DNA of 64,000 bases, from positions 9,736,001 through 9,800,000 of the forward strand of contig NC_087438.1 in assembly GCF_036321535.1 (NCBI RefSeq), given 5' to 3'. The DNA is from Camelus dromedarius. Taxonomy: Eukaryota. The translations under genes were made by a program, and so were the position numbers. The number at the start of each line of letters is the position of its first letter. Position 1 is the first letter of the stretch. Under the pieces are notes generated by a model, which had not been told where the DNA came from, searched no databases, and saw nothing but the letters and a program-made list of their open reading frames with translations. Below, piece by piece: positions 11,629 to 25,277 of the stretch.

Positions 11629-14600
11629 AACAGAGTGCATGTTAAACCACGCCCAGCAGTAAAGAGGCGTGCCCAGCCTCAGCTGGAGCACAGGTTCTGC
11701 TTTATAATCCTTCACAAGCCTGCCCATTCCACCACTTTCCAGGTAGTCTCGCTGGTGTCCTCCCCCACATTCAATCTTTCTCCCTTCTCGAGTGTCCACG
11801 GACACTCTGTGTGGCCTTATTAAAATCGACTCCTGCACATAGTATGGGGGAAAACTTAATTGGCTTTCCAGGCAAGTGTGTTTGTGACTATCTTCGATGT
11901 GAATGCCATGCATATTAGCCGAAGCGGGGAAATAAATGAAGAAAGGTATTCACCGTGACCACAAAACATGGCTAGAGCGGGGGCAAAGCATCACGCGGCC
12001 CAGTGCGCCCCGGCTCCACCCGCAGGACACAGAGCAGGGAGCAGGGACGCGGGCCCAGTGAAAAACAGCACTTGGCATGCGCGTCACAGGCAGGGCGAGC
12101 CTCCCAATCTTGGCCCTGCACCCACCCGACATAAACTCAAACTTGGAACCAATTAAGCCTGTCTATAAATCCAGAGCCTTGGGAAACGGAATGGAGTCCT
12201 AAATCAAAAAAGGGACAAAGGAGGCGCAGGAAAAATACTCACGAGGCAAATCTACACAGCGGCTTCACGGTGTTACTAAGGGAGGAGCCGACAGGACGTC
12301 CAGAAAACCTCAGATTAAAGCCTATAAGGCATTGAAATTACATTATTAGATCGTAATACTGTTGGCATTTCATAATGAAAACTTCGAAATCCAGGGGATA
12401 AGCTATTTTTTAAAGGCTCATTTGAGGACTTTGGGGGAGATCACTCATTCATCATCTTGATCTGCTAGAGTGATTGCTAATCATCGAATGCTCACAGGGT
12501 CTGAGGAAAAGAAATCCTGACTCTTTCTTATCCACCATCTCACCCAGCTCAGGGTACCTCCTTCCATCCTTCAGTTTCCATTCTTCCCGCTTAGTCACTC
12601 TGTTTTCATTTCTTCTCATGCAAATAAAAGGAGAGCGTAGGATTCAACCTGTAATCACTGTCTCTCTGAGTGCTTGGTTTTACAGTTTTCCAAGCTGAGG
12701 AACTCAACCATTAAAGCCCCCCCGGGGTGCAGATGGGGCAAGCAATGCGTTCTGCTCTTGCGATGATAAGATTCGCTGTGTTCAAAGCGCATCACTGAAT
12801 GAGGTCCCCATTTAGGACAGATGAAACCTGTTTGTGGATTCACAGTGTCTTAGCCAAATCACAGAGCTGATTCTACAGCTGACCTTGAATTCTCCTCTAT
12901 CCTTCACTGATGATATTTGTGGACACTTAATATATATACATGTTGGATTCAGCAGACAGTAGTCAATTAACAAGAAGGTATAAACTTTAAAAATTGCTAG
13001 AACTCAACACTAGAAAAATCACAAGCTAAAACTCCCAGATCTTTTGTTTGGTTGTTTGTTTGTTTGTTTGGTTTCACCCGATCTACAAGACCATATTGTG
13101 AGTATAAGTTTATCATTTGTTTTCCATTAAGAGGCATTATTTTGACGTGCTGATGGGGAGCTACTCATCAACAGTAATCAGTTGCACAATATAATTTTTA
13201 AAAATCACTTCTAAAACTTGCCTTGTGCTGCAGCTTTGTCACCAAGGGGAAATCGTGTCTTTAAGAGGAAATGGCTCGTTCATATATTTAGTAATTTTTA
13301 CAATTACTTAAAATTTTTGTGTTGTGAAAATTTTATAAACTACGTTATCAGGATGCATTAACATGTCAGTGTTTTAAAATGTCACGTCTTTGAACAAAAA
13401 TTTATCATTGATAAACACATTGCTGACACTACGTTTTGTTTAAACTGGAGAATCCTGCAAGCTATGTAATTATAACATTTATGATTTGTCTCATCGTGCC
13501 TCTTAATGCTGAATAAATTATTTACAAGATTTTTCCATTGTTGATAGCATTTAACACGAAGAGGTACTTTTCGCTCCAGTGACTTAGAAACACACGATTT
13601 CCATCAGCCACTATTCTGTAGTGGGCAGCAGTCAGTACAAGGTTTGCAATATCGTTTAGAAAGCAGCCGTCCTCAAGTCCTGCACTCCAAGCTGGTTTCC
13701 GGTCCACTCCTCCGTCAGGCACCACGCATACCTCCTCCCTTCAGGCAGCAAGTAGTGAGTCCCCAGTGCTTGTGAGTCTGAGATCTCTCCCCTTCTCCTT
13801 TAGATCTAAATGTAGACATCACCTTCACAGAGCTGTCTTTCCTTATGGCCCAGTCAAATTAGGTCTCTGCAGGGAAAGAGCATCCTTGGTAGAGATACGG
13901 CTCAGCAAGACCTGGGCACTGGCTCTGCTGCTCCCCCTGATGGGGGCATGGCCTCGCTGACGCGGAGTCGGTTTGATGTTTGCCAACATCCCCCTAAAGC
14001 GAAGCTCAGAGAAGACTGTAGGAAGTTGCTGTGGAATGGTGATGTAAACCCCAAGCATAAAAGGACAGTTCTAATGTGTCAAAAGATGGTCTTTTGTGCC
14101 TCAATTTGGAAGGACTTTACTTGCGCAGAGAGGGTCACCAGCCGCTGTGAGCTGCACAGGGGAATCAGAGGACCAGGGAAAGCCAGGCAAAGAGGCACAG
14201 TGGCTGCCTCAGCTCAGGGTAGCTCCTCACGGCTGTTACGTTCTGTGGCCTTAGTTAAAAATAAATGGGGACACGTAGTATGGCTTCTACCTGCTAATCT
14301 GTGATCCCCAAATAGCTGTCATCTCCCTGGTTCCTCTCACTCGTGGCATGCAGTGTGTTTCTTTATAGCACTTAACTCCCGATCTTTGTATCTTTTTCTG
14401 TGTATCACCCACGCGTGTCAGGTTATCCAACTATAAACTGAGATCATATAAAATTATGTGCCTGAATAACTGCTTATTTTCTGTGTCTAGTCGTCTTCCG
14501 TGATTCCATGAAATCAGGGGACTGTGACTTTTTTTTCCCACCATCATTCCGTCAGCACACCAGAATGCCTGACCCACAGGAGGTGCAAAGTTTAAAATGA

Positions 14601-15106
14601 ATCAGGATGGAGACAGAGGAAAGAGACTGCTCTATCACCCTGCAGTGGCATCAAGACCCTCACTGTAGTCTTCTCCATGTTCAAGGCAGCCAGCGACTCT
14701 CTCCATCACCCAGAAGATTCAACTGATTCGTCCTCCCTCGGTCCCTGATTCAGAAGAAAGCTGAGCACCCTTCAGCGGGGGGTGGGGAGCTGGGGAGAGG
14801 GAGGTGGAGGCGAACTTGAAGGGGCCTCACTGGCTCCCCGATGCCTCAGTGACCTTCCTTGCTGAATGAGTTCCTAAAAATTTCCAGCTGTTTTCATGGT
14901 ATTCTTTTCCACTCTGGGTCTCCAAAACATACATAAATACTAACGGAGTGTAACTATCACAAAATTACATGAATTATACAATTTGCAAGTTATTTGAGTG
15001 TAAAAAAAAAAAATCCAATTTTGAAAGCTTATTTCTGGATGCTCAATGACACTCAGCCCCATTGCACAGAAACAGCAATTACAATTCAGACATCCATGAA
15101 CAACTT

Positions 15107-15112
15107 TTTATT
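15107..15112 (-). terminator. Candidate distal polyadenylation signal
   Basis: AATAAA on the minus strand with a downstream TTGTAATTGCTGTTTCTGTG U/GU-rich tract. Confidence 0.5.
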
Positions 15113-15589
15113 AATCTTCATTATTTTTACATTTTCATTATTTATTCTTCAAAATAAAATGATTATTTTGACCGCAATTCACACAAATCAACTGATATAT
15201 TAATTCAGACACAAAGCAGCTGCTCAAATGAAAACAGCATTATCCAAGATGGGTAGGTGTCCCATGGATCATCCAGACTTAATTCTCATCATAATTAGCA
15301 TAAAATGAAACCTGCCAAAGAGCAAACCCTCCTGCAAGGTACCCACACCAGTCTCCCTGTAACCCTTCCTTCTTATAAAACCCTTTATCACCAGAAATAC
15401 GAAGTTACGTGGAGCTGAAGTTAACCAAACACCTGGAAGCCACAATTCTAAGTCAATACTGACCAAGTTTCCTAGTCAAGGGGTTCTAGATGAAACAGTT
15501 TATAATTTATAACCAGAATTTAAAATACAAATATATGAAAAGTTTCTTCAACAGTGTTTTCTTAATTAATCAAAGGCCACGTGAAGTTC

Positions 15590-16290
15590 CCACCCACCAT
15601 CCAGATTTATTCTTCCCCTTTTTTCCTCCCAATCATTATATTTTTTCAAGTCAATGGAAACTTTTACCATTTAATCATACCTGTTTTTATTTTCCCTTGT
15701 TATCTTCTCATCTTTGTCCACACCAAATACGTCTTACAGGGATCACCACAGCACGTGAGCTAGTCTGTGAACGGCATCGTTCACATAGCAGTATGTGCTC
15801 ACCATTTCCACGTTATGAAATCTTCACTATCATTTTTCGTGGCTGCCTAATATTGTCTAACTTCCTTAATTACAGACTTATTTTTGAACTTACAGGGCAT
15901 TTATATTTTTCCCATTATTAAATGCATTTTTATATATAATTGTGGTCAGTCTTTTAAATTGTCTTCTTGGTCTAGATTTCCAGGAGAGAAAATGAGGATC
16001 AAAGCATGTCAACATTTTTCTGGTTCATTCTGTGCTTGGTTATTGAATCATTTCACAGAAAGGATGGGTCGGTTCACATTGCTCTAAGACCTCACTGCAA
16101 TTCACTTTCAGATTTATTTTTATTACAAGAAATATCAGTTAGTATCTCATTATTCATTATCAGGGGGCTGAGCACTATTCTATTTGTTTATTCTATAAGA
16201 TTATATGGTTGCCTATTCATCTATTCACATTTTTAACTCAACCTTCTATTTCCTTCCATTTTTTAAAAGGTCTGTTTAATTGGCTGTTTG
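15590..16290 (-). mobile_element. Ancient L1 (L1ME-like) fragment within the putative 3' UTR
   Basis: Degenerate antisense-L1 phrases (tttttcgtggctgcctaatattg; tagatttccaggagagaaaatgaggatcaaagcatg; ttcacagaaaggatg). Confidence 0.45.
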
Positions 16291-16507
16291 AGCCATAAAA
16301 ACAAATCTCTTACCTGACCTAAATGCAAAAGGCAATAGAAGCAAAATCAGCACAAACGTGTCGTGTTACCTTAGAGAACCAGCCTTTCAGCAGAACCACA
16401 TTAACAGAAGAATAATCCCTTCAAGGGAAGGACCATCTGCTTAACCTAGTCAGTCTTTGGAGTTGAAGGAGGAAGAAAATGTATTACTGCGGACTTGAAG
16501 GCCACGC

Positions 16508-16513
16508 TTTATT
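16508..16513 (-). terminator. Candidate proximal polyadenylation signal
   Basis: First AATAAA after the stop (~240 nt downstream), followed by CATTTTCTTCC. Confidence 0.45.
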
Positions 16514-16754
16514 AGAAAGTTGTAAATTTTACTTCTAAATCACCAAATAAACTTTTTCAAACACACAGTCATTGGTCATGAGTGATGAAACAGGCTAAAT
16601 GTAACTAAGCGTCCAACTACGGAGTAAAAGGAAAACCAATGTAGCTCATTCATTGCACAGTCAATCTGATTTACACGTTGTCCAGCACTCACAGAAGAAC
16701 CAAGGCGATGATGCTTTGGAGCCTCCATTTATCGGGTGAGGGCCACGCTCCACG

Positions 16755-16906
16755 TTACTTGACATCACAGAGAAGGGCAACCCCACGGAGCACCCAGTGT
16801 TCAGGGACCTGGGTCGTCCTGAGGTCCACAGCAGCGATGTAATTCAGGTCTGTTCGGACTGGCTTCTTGTAGATGGGGCAGGAGTACAACCGAGGATCTC
16901 TTACAG
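16755..16906 (-). CDS. DNAH5: DNAH5 terminal coding exon (~exon 79), 152 coding bp including TAA
   Basis: Manual translation (T)[49 protein letters not shown]; acceptor ttttttgtag; stop TAA at 16757-16755. Confidence 0.97.
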
Positions 16907-18281
16907 CTACAAAAAATTCATTTAAAAAAAGCTTTGTGAATTTCTAATTTAAGCAGCCCCAAACAGAGCACATGCAGAGCCAAATTTGTGCAAGCTGAAG
17001 GTCATTCCCAAGAGAGATGGGCTTCGTAGAATGAGGGAAACTCTTCCCGAGGTCAGGTAATCCCAGACACACCACACATTTCCAGTGGGTGTGACAAGAC
17101 ACCCAGGTGTCCTCAGGTTTACCCTACTCACCTTTGGCCCCATGTGCTTGACAGTATGACTTCCCATTGCTTCCTCACTCTGCTTTCCACCTGTCAACTC
17201 AACTCTCCCCCTCCACCCTCTCTCTTGTACTTCCCCACCGTATCTTGTGCTCACACGCCCTCTCTATTTTTCCCTTATGGCTTGCCTTTGGCACAAGGTA
17301 CCTGTTCCTTTTAATCAGACATCCAACACCAGTTAACTATTATTTCACTATTATTCTGACTTCAAAATCCTGCCTTCAACCCTCTGTGCCACAGTTCAAA
17401 CCACATCTGAAATCCCAGGACAAAGATGCTCCCCACCCCTACCAGGTATTATGAGTTCTCCACGCATGCAGAGGAATAAAAATGACTGAGAAGCAGAGAG
17501 TCATGGCACAGCTCAGCTCTCTAAGACTCAATCTGCCTGTTAGATGAAATAGATGGAGTCCCCAAAGTCACATACACAATGAAAGACAATCTGTGCATCC
17601 ATCCTTCAGATATCCTCTCTAATACATTCTCTCCAGCCTTGGAAACCCCATGTCGAGGACAAATGCAAGTCTTGTAGGGCCTCAAACTTACACAGTTTGA
17701 GGAAGGGACTTCTTCCCAAAAACAGAGTGCAGTTTGCAAACACAAAATAAGCTTTGGAAGGAGGCTCTGCACTGAGTTGGAGTTCAAGCTTCACCAGCTT
17801 CTTGTTAAATCCACTCTACCCATGGTCGTTTATTTGCACATCTCAGAACATCCATCTCAGGAAGCAGTATATTATCTCCTCTTCTCTCCCAGACTATAAA
17901 TTATTTCAGAACAAAAGTTATGTCTGCACTCATCCATGCTCTCCTCTGGAAGGCCAGTACTATAAATGACCCTCACATAACTATTGAGACAAAAACACAT
18001 TTAACTAAGTGGGCACTGTGACAGGAAAACAGTAACTTTCTAAGTGCAATATTAATATATTAATGATACTGGATTTATTTCCCAAAACTAGCTTGCTCAA
18101 TAATTTAGCTTTTCCTAATACATTACAAAAGCAAGGCACTATCAGAAGTTACAGTCTCAGTTTTTGACCCATGTGTTTTTATACCCCCACTATAAATTTA
18201 ATTAATTTTATTGGAAGAAAGCAAACATTTGAATATGATAACATTATACAAAAGTTTTGATATAAAATAAATATTCTAAAG

Positions 18282-18481
18282 CTCTGATTCTTAACCAGGT
18301 GGAATTTTTACCCCAGGGGATATTTGCCCGTATCTAGAGACGTTTTTGGTTATCACACCTGGGAAGGTACCACTGGCATCAGTAGGTAGAAGCCATGGAT
18401 GCTGCTAACATCCTGTGATGCACAGGACGGCAAGAGTTATCTGGACCAAAAATGTCAATAACACCAAGGTTGGGAATCCGT
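18282..18481. mobile_element. MER20 DNA transposon relic
   Basis: ccccaggggatatttg...tctagagacgtttttggttatcac...actggcatcagtaggtagaagccatggatgctgctaacatcct...aatgtcaataacaccaaggttggg. Confidence 0.85.
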
Positions 18482-19589
18482 CTTCTAAAACAAAGTCACA
18501 GATATTTCATAGTACTTTAAAACTATGTATTTGCTTAATCCCTTGAAATTTATCATTAGAAACCATCTAAATTAATGTAACACCTAATTTTTAAGTCTAG
18601 GCAAATTTTTTAATTACTATGAGAATATCATTAGTAATAATAATTATGCAAATATATGAAAATTCTGATTAAATAAGTCAATGACAGAGAATTTATGGAG
18701 TGCAGTTAATACTAACCATATTAACTGATACATTTAAACCCTTTAATCCTAGGATCTGAACATATAACAAATATTTAACTAATTGTTCTTCAATGCACGT
18801 TTGACGAACAGTCATTTTTTAAATCTTGAAGCAAGCCATTAGAGTCTTACTTTTGAATCAAAGGATAATTTTAATAATTGCGCCTTGGGAAGTATCTGAT
18901 TCCTTGGTTTTAATCTCTAAAGAAAGATAGAGTTGGAAAAAATAACATTCTTTTCAATAAGTAGGTTAAAAAAAGCAATTCTCTGAAATATTTATCCAAT
19001 TTTATTGATTTTTAATTGCTTCAGAACGGAATGCGCCCACACCACGCCACAGCATGCAGCAACCTCCTGCAGCAGGATTAGAAACCACTACAAATATAAT
19101 TTCATAGCGGAAGTGTTGACAAATACTAAAAAGCCACAGAAACAGATCATCTGAAACCATTACCCCTGGTTAGACAAATAACTTTAAAGACAAAAGTAAA
19201 CATGCTAGGTAGGAAGAACAAATCAACTAAACAGGTTTAAAGCTGTAGGGCCCCCGAGAGAAGAGGCTGTCTAAACTGGTGAGCTATCTGCTTTAAGAGG
19301 CTGAGGTTCCTAAAAAAACACCTCGAGGAAATTCCATTTTCTGACTATGTAACTTCCCTCTCCAGCCTACATTTTTCATCCACATGTCAGTGTTATCATT
19401 ACATCATATATTTCTCCCAATATCCAAAATAATCAAGTTACATACAGATCCCCTTTATGGTCTTTAAACCATCCCTTTATTTAACCGCTTTTTTGCTAGT
19501 AACATTGAAGTTATTAAATAGCGCACGCTTACATGTGATATTTCTTTTAGTCCTTCAACATGCATGTGCATTATCATATTAGTAGTAAT

Positions 19590-19800
19590 AATAAAATTAT
19601 TTATTGTATGCTAATTACGTGCTAGACATTGTTCAGTTTAATTCTCTCAACAACCCAATGAGATGGGTATCGTGATTAAATCCATTTTACAGATGAGGAA
19701 ACTGGAAGAACACAAGGAGGTGGGTTACTTAGCCAGGGTTGCAGAGCTGTAGGGGATGAGTCACACCTGCCCAGAATGGGTCCAGAGCTTCTGCTCTTAA
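19590..19800 (-). mobile_element. MIR SINE relic
   Basis: ccattttacagatgaggaaactg core. Confidence 0.7.
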
Positions 19801-21889
19801 TCTCAGCAACATTTGGGACGTACTATGGGTATGTGCCTCTGTGTCTTTGCAGAAAGACGTAACATGAACTGGAGAAACCTAGATGACTGACTTGTGGCAC
19901 AGCTGAGACCCCTTCAAAGCCACGTGATTAACTGCTAGGGTGATAAAGCCAGGAGAGCACCCCAGATGCCCAGGCTCCTAGCTCACAGCCTTTTATCGGA
20001 GCCCATGTGCCTCCCTAGCGGGCAGGGAGTAACCGTCTTTAACCTGCAGCATGGAGGAGGAAGCCATCGGGAGCAACAGCCCTCACCCACACAGGGCAGA
20101 GGCCTTTACTGTGTCTACTTCACCATGTACCTGAGAAAAATAAATCCATGACTCCAAAATGTGAAGGAGCTGTCCTCATTTTCAATTTAGCCTTTATTTT
20201 CAAGCTTGTCCCTAAACGCATAGTCCTGAGTCGAACACTACCACGGGAACTCCCAGCCGCCTGCATTGATCCCACAGCAGACAAAGGTGATTCAGGAATC
20301 ATAGGCAAAGTACACAATGTCTCTAAACCCTAATTTCCCCACCTGCAAAATAGGCATGCTATATCTTACAGATTTGTTGTAAAGATTAAGTAAGTTAAAA
20401 CATATGAATGCCTGACATAGTATACTGCCTAGAATGCAGTAGATACCCGAGATGTGTTAGATTTCTCCTCTCTCTCTCACTATACACACAAACTCACACA
20501 CACGTGCACATGTGCACAGACCACTTACCTTTTCACTGAAACAAACTGCCCAGACTCAGGTTCCCCATGACTTTGTTAACAGAGTTCCAGGTTTACAAAC
20601 TCAAAGTGGATGAAATGCTGTGGGGCTCAGGAGTCAGGAGATCTCCAGCCCCAGGTCACTGCACCAAGCTATTCCCACTCCCAGCCCCACATCTGCACAG
20701 TGCTGGCTTAGGGTGGGTCACAGGGCATTCTTAGAAACATCTTTTCTCCTGCAGGAAATAGTCTCATTAGCTGTCGGGACCCTGAGATCCTTCTCATCCT
20801 ACTTGGCAACCAGAGGTACATTTAAGTCTTGCTTTGTTCCCCTAAACGTTCTAATCACTGGCTTCCCATCACATGGGCTACAGCGCTGTAAAGTTATTTA
20901 GAAGCATCACTCTCTCCATAGACTAAATCTGTAAGGAGACGTATCTTTCCTACAGCTGCCTCTTCCTCTTCCTTTGAGAACACAGGGTCTAGAGTAGGTG
21001 GCTTTACCCTCTTGGAGAATTTCGTACTATTTGGGTGACTCTCCATGACAACCTAACAAGAAGCATAAATAAAATAAACATTTGGGGATATATCACTCAA
21101 TTTTTTAGAGCTGAAATAAATATCTAGACTTCCTTTTGAAAACAAATAAACCAGTCCTGTGTGTAAAATTCAACAGTGAATTATTTAAACTGAAATTGCC
21201 CTTCACCTTAATGCAAAAAACAATTCACTGTAAGAATTTTAATTTTAAAACACTGTAACTTTGGAGAGTCCTTTAGTTGATAACATTGTATCTCTTTCTC
21301 TCAATTAGAGCCCTATTTAATCATAAAAGTTGAATGAAAATTAAATTTACAGGATGCAAAGAGCAATGGAATGTTAGTTTTCCGTCACTAAAACACCTGC
21401 TCCAACCACAAAGCTATTTGGCAAAAAGTTTCCACCAACTTCTATTGAAACCAAAAAATGAATAAAGAACTATAGTTTTTCTTTACTTTCTTTTCAGCAC
21501 TTTGAAATTAGTAGGCCCTTTTTCCTTCATGTATTTTTACTTCCTCCCTCACCTGCAGCTAATGAGCATCACTGCTGACTAATGCCCAGCAGGGTAAGAA
21601 CAGTTCATCCATAAAAATCTGTCCTTATATAATAAAGGATGGCCTCTATTATAAAATTGTTATGTTACTCCTACCATGCTGAGATGCTCAAAGCCATATA
21701 GCCATGGATTTTAACAATTTAGTCACAAGAAATTAAAAAACAAAATAAAACATCTAACTGAACGTGAGAAAGATTTTTCTTTTGCTTTATAAGGGAAACA
21801 TTTCTGCAACAATGTTGACTAGATGCAACAAAATCTCTAAAATATTACTTTTGGCTAAAAGAACACTTGATTATTATTTCTATAAAATA

Positions 21890-22200
21890 ATCCCTTCCCT
21901 GGGACTTCACACCACCCTGGGGACTAATAAACATGAAGCCACAGGCTGCTTGCTTGCCTAAGCCCAGGCAGACACTGGGATCCTTTCAGACTCAACTGGG
22001 CGTGTAAGGAGGGACACCTTGTACCAAGAAGGATGCTGACCATCCTCACATCTCTCTTCTGATGCTGAGCTCCCTTCATGGGCCCCCCTTCCTTGCACAC
22101 CATCTTTCTGTTCCTCAAGCACAGCATATCCACTGCTACCTCTTGCCTCCACACCCTTGCCTTTGCTCCTGGATGTTAGTTCGACGTGCGGTGTTCTCTC
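21890..22200. mobile_element. L2-like relic
   Basis: ctttctgttcctcaagcacagc...cccttgcctttgctcctggatg pattern typical of L2 3' region; approximate. Confidence 0.45.
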
Positions 22201-22294
22201 TGAACTCCTGAATTCTCTCACTCCCTGGAACACCACGGGTGTGTGTTCTTTACAGAAACAAAAACTACGTGAAATTGGTATGTCCATTTACAAT

Positions 22295-22920
22295 CTAGCC
22301 TGTTTACACTATTTGTGGGACTTATGTATCGATAGTCCCATGAAATCTGAATTTCCAACTGCTCCTAGGGGAAATGTAGGGTCAGGTTCCGGTGAGTGGT
22401 TGGTCACAGAATTCCTACCAACCCATCAATACATAACCTTGCTGTATGTGTGTTTCTGTTTAAAGACACCTTTTTAATATGCACTGTTGATTCATTAACA
22501 CTGAAGTCAAGGCCAACAGCACTGTAACTCATGCCTGAACAAAGCTTGTCTAACCCTTGTCTTCCCTCCATAGGGCACATCACCACCTCTTGAGCTTAGG
22601 AACAGTAGACAGCCCTTCAGGACTACACTTGGGGGGCATTTTGAACAATGAAAAGTAGGAAAATGTGAAAAACATGGCACTAAATAGACCACGACAAGGA
22701 CTCTTGTATACAGTCTGAGCTGAAACTAAAAGACAGAGCACAGGCTGGCTCAGCCTTAGCCGGGAGCACACATGTTGGGAGGCCCAGACTGTTTGCTGCT
22801 TTGTCCATGTCCGTGAATGACCATGAAAGTGCCACAAACATCGATCTAGGACTACAAATAGATTTTAGCTTGTGGGCGAATTCATAAATACAAACTCCTT
22901 GAGTAAAAAGGATTGACTAC
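22295..22920. mobile_element. MER82-like (TcMar-Tigger) DNA transposon relic
   Basis: tgctcctaggggaaat; ctgttgattcattaacactgaagtcaaggccaacagcactgtaactcatgcctgaac; ggcactaaatagacc; end gcgaattc...ggattgact. Confidence 0.8.
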
Positions 22921-24477
22921 TTTTGCTTCCTTTTTTGGCTACCCTTCCCTCTTTGTGCTCCATGCAAACAGGGGTCCTGCCTGGCCTTTTCTCATTGCTG
23001 CATCCCCAGAAACAGAGTCGCGTGTGTCAGATGGTCATTACCAGACAAATGTTCATTGGATGACCTAGTGAGCTGAAGCTAGTTCCCTCCTCCAAGGAAA
23101 GTCTGACTCTAATGCCCCATCATGCCCATTCTTCTCCTCCAAAGAACATCACAGAGGCAGTCGCCACCAGCCTCCTAGGCCTGGTTATGCTCTTCTTCTA
23201 AATGTCCTAAGCATTCTGAGAGCATCTTTATCACAACAGGTATCATATTCTATTTAAATTGTTCATTTACTTATCAGTTTCCCTCACTAGACTGTGAGTT
23301 CTTTGTGGGCATGACCTGGTTCACAATTACCTTTGTCTCTTACACCTAAGGTTGTGGTTGATACATATTAGGCATCCAGCAAATATTTGCTTAAAAAATA
23401 AATACCCAAAGTTTATAAACTCTCTCCCCTTGACACGTGTTTACAAATGTGACATTTATCTAAGGGATGGAGATATTAAAAGCTATCTCTTAAAGAAATA
23501 TTATTTTAGCCCTTGTTTAAAGAAAAATATTTTGTGCTTCTCTTGTAAAATTAGTACTTCCTTGGGATACACTGTCATGGACACCTCTTGAGTTGATGGC
23601 TTAGGGCGACCATCTCACTATGTATATGCATATCAAATTATCATGTTGTACACCTTAAGTGTATGCGATTTTTCTTTAAAAAGAAAAGTAAATACATTTT
23701 TTTTAAAATGAAATGAACAGAGAATCTTCTCATGTGCTGAACAGTGGTTACTGCGGAGGAGTTGTTAGCTGAGCGAAATGCAAACAACGAAAGCCTCTAG
23801 AAAACATCAAACCAACAATGGAAAATAGTTTAAAAATTTCTAAGTTTGTTGAATAGAGCTTTGATAACTTTGTCAAAGTATTCTGCTTTGACATGTGTAC
23901 TTCACAGAAGCGTTATCACATTCACAGGTTATAACGCGAACCCAGCATTTTACCATTGGCTCCTGGGTGAAGCTGAATGCCCCTGAATTCAATCTGGATT
24001 TCATAACCTGGCTTAAATCTCCAAGCCATTGGAGCCACTCACCTCCAGCAGCCCTGTGCAGTGCTGCCTGGAAAGCCTTCTTTCCACCACTTGCCATCTT
24101 CATCACATCCATCCTTCCAAGCCCATCCAGGCCCAACTGCCCCTGATGACTTGATCCCACTGTTACCTCACCCTCCTTTCTCACCACTCACTAGCTAACT
24201 GGTTTCTTGTCTCATCAGCTAACACTTCATGAATATCCATATATATTTCATCTGCTTTATTAGATAGGCAAGAACTATCTAGAACCAGTGCCTCTCAGTA
24301 GCACTCAAGAAAGGCCCTCGTGGTCAGTAGGTACTCAGTAAACACAGGCATGAATGTGAAGCCAGTTGATAAAACAGTATAATCCTTATCACATGATAAC
24401 AAAAGTAACAAGATCCTGTGTTTATAATGTCACCCAACCTGATAATATGAACCATCCCTGAACACAAGATCACTTAC

Positions 24478-24709
24478 TGTTGTTTTCGGCATAAATCCTT
24501 ATGACGGGCATTAACTCAAAGAGAACTTTTGGTTTGGACTCAGTGAGTTTCATGTTTCTTTTGTCCCAGCCAGCACCTTCAAGATACAAGCCGTAGACGT
24601 AGACACCCTCTGTGGGAGGGGCAGAAATGTCATCCTTCATCCACTTGGTGACTTCGTTGCAAAGCACCATATTGTCCAGGGCCCAGCCTTTGTTGGCTCG
24701 AGTTATTTC
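24478..24709 (-). CDS. DNAH5: DNAH5 coding exon (~exon 78), 232 bp
   Basis: [77 protein letters not shown](T); acceptor gagtag, donor GTAAGT; phase 0/1. Confidence 0.97.
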
Positions 24710-25124
24710 CTACTCAGGGCAAGAGCAAAGCAAAGGATTAAACCAGCGACTAGAGGTTTGTCTTAATAGAAGGAGCATAACTGTGATGACAGTGCAGCCC
24801 CAAATTATCTGAATTCAAAGGAAATAGGATAGTATTTTTAAAGTTTTAAAAGATTCTCTCATAAGCAATACCCATGTCCTAATTTAATCACTTGTACTTT
24901 TAAAAGAAATATCAAATCAAATATAAAAAGAACAAATATTTTGAAATCCAAGCTAGCAGCCTGAGAACAAGTTGCTGGATTAACATTCAGGACAAAGTAA
25001 CTGCTGATAACAAAAAGAGACGATCATTCTCTGCCTTGTTATACTCTTTAAAACCACAATAAAAGAAGAAAGCCTTGTAGAGGCAAATTATAGTAACGCA
25101 ACAGGTGCAAATCAGAGCTATTAC

Positions 25125-25277
25125 CTGTCGCATTGCAGTCAAAAATCCCTGGGGGTTGAAAAAGCCTGTCATCCAGAAGCAGTGGGGTCGGCCGTTGAAA
25201 ACCCAAGAGGTGAACTGGCTGTTTCTTTCTATAAGTTCAGTAAACCAGAAACCCAATGTACTTGAAACCCAAGACAC
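25125..25277 (-). CDS. DNAH5: DNAH5 coding exon (~exon 77), 153 bp
   Basis: [51 protein letters not shown]; acceptor tttcag, donor GTAATA. Confidence 0.97.

Larger units (their letters stand above)
15085..16754 (-). other. DNAH5: Probable DNAH5 3' UTR (distal end uncertain)
   Basis: Follows the stop codon. AATAAA hexamers on the minus strand include 16508-16513, 16113-16124, 15141-15146 and 15107-15112; the last is followed by a U/GU-rich element. Confidence 0.55.
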
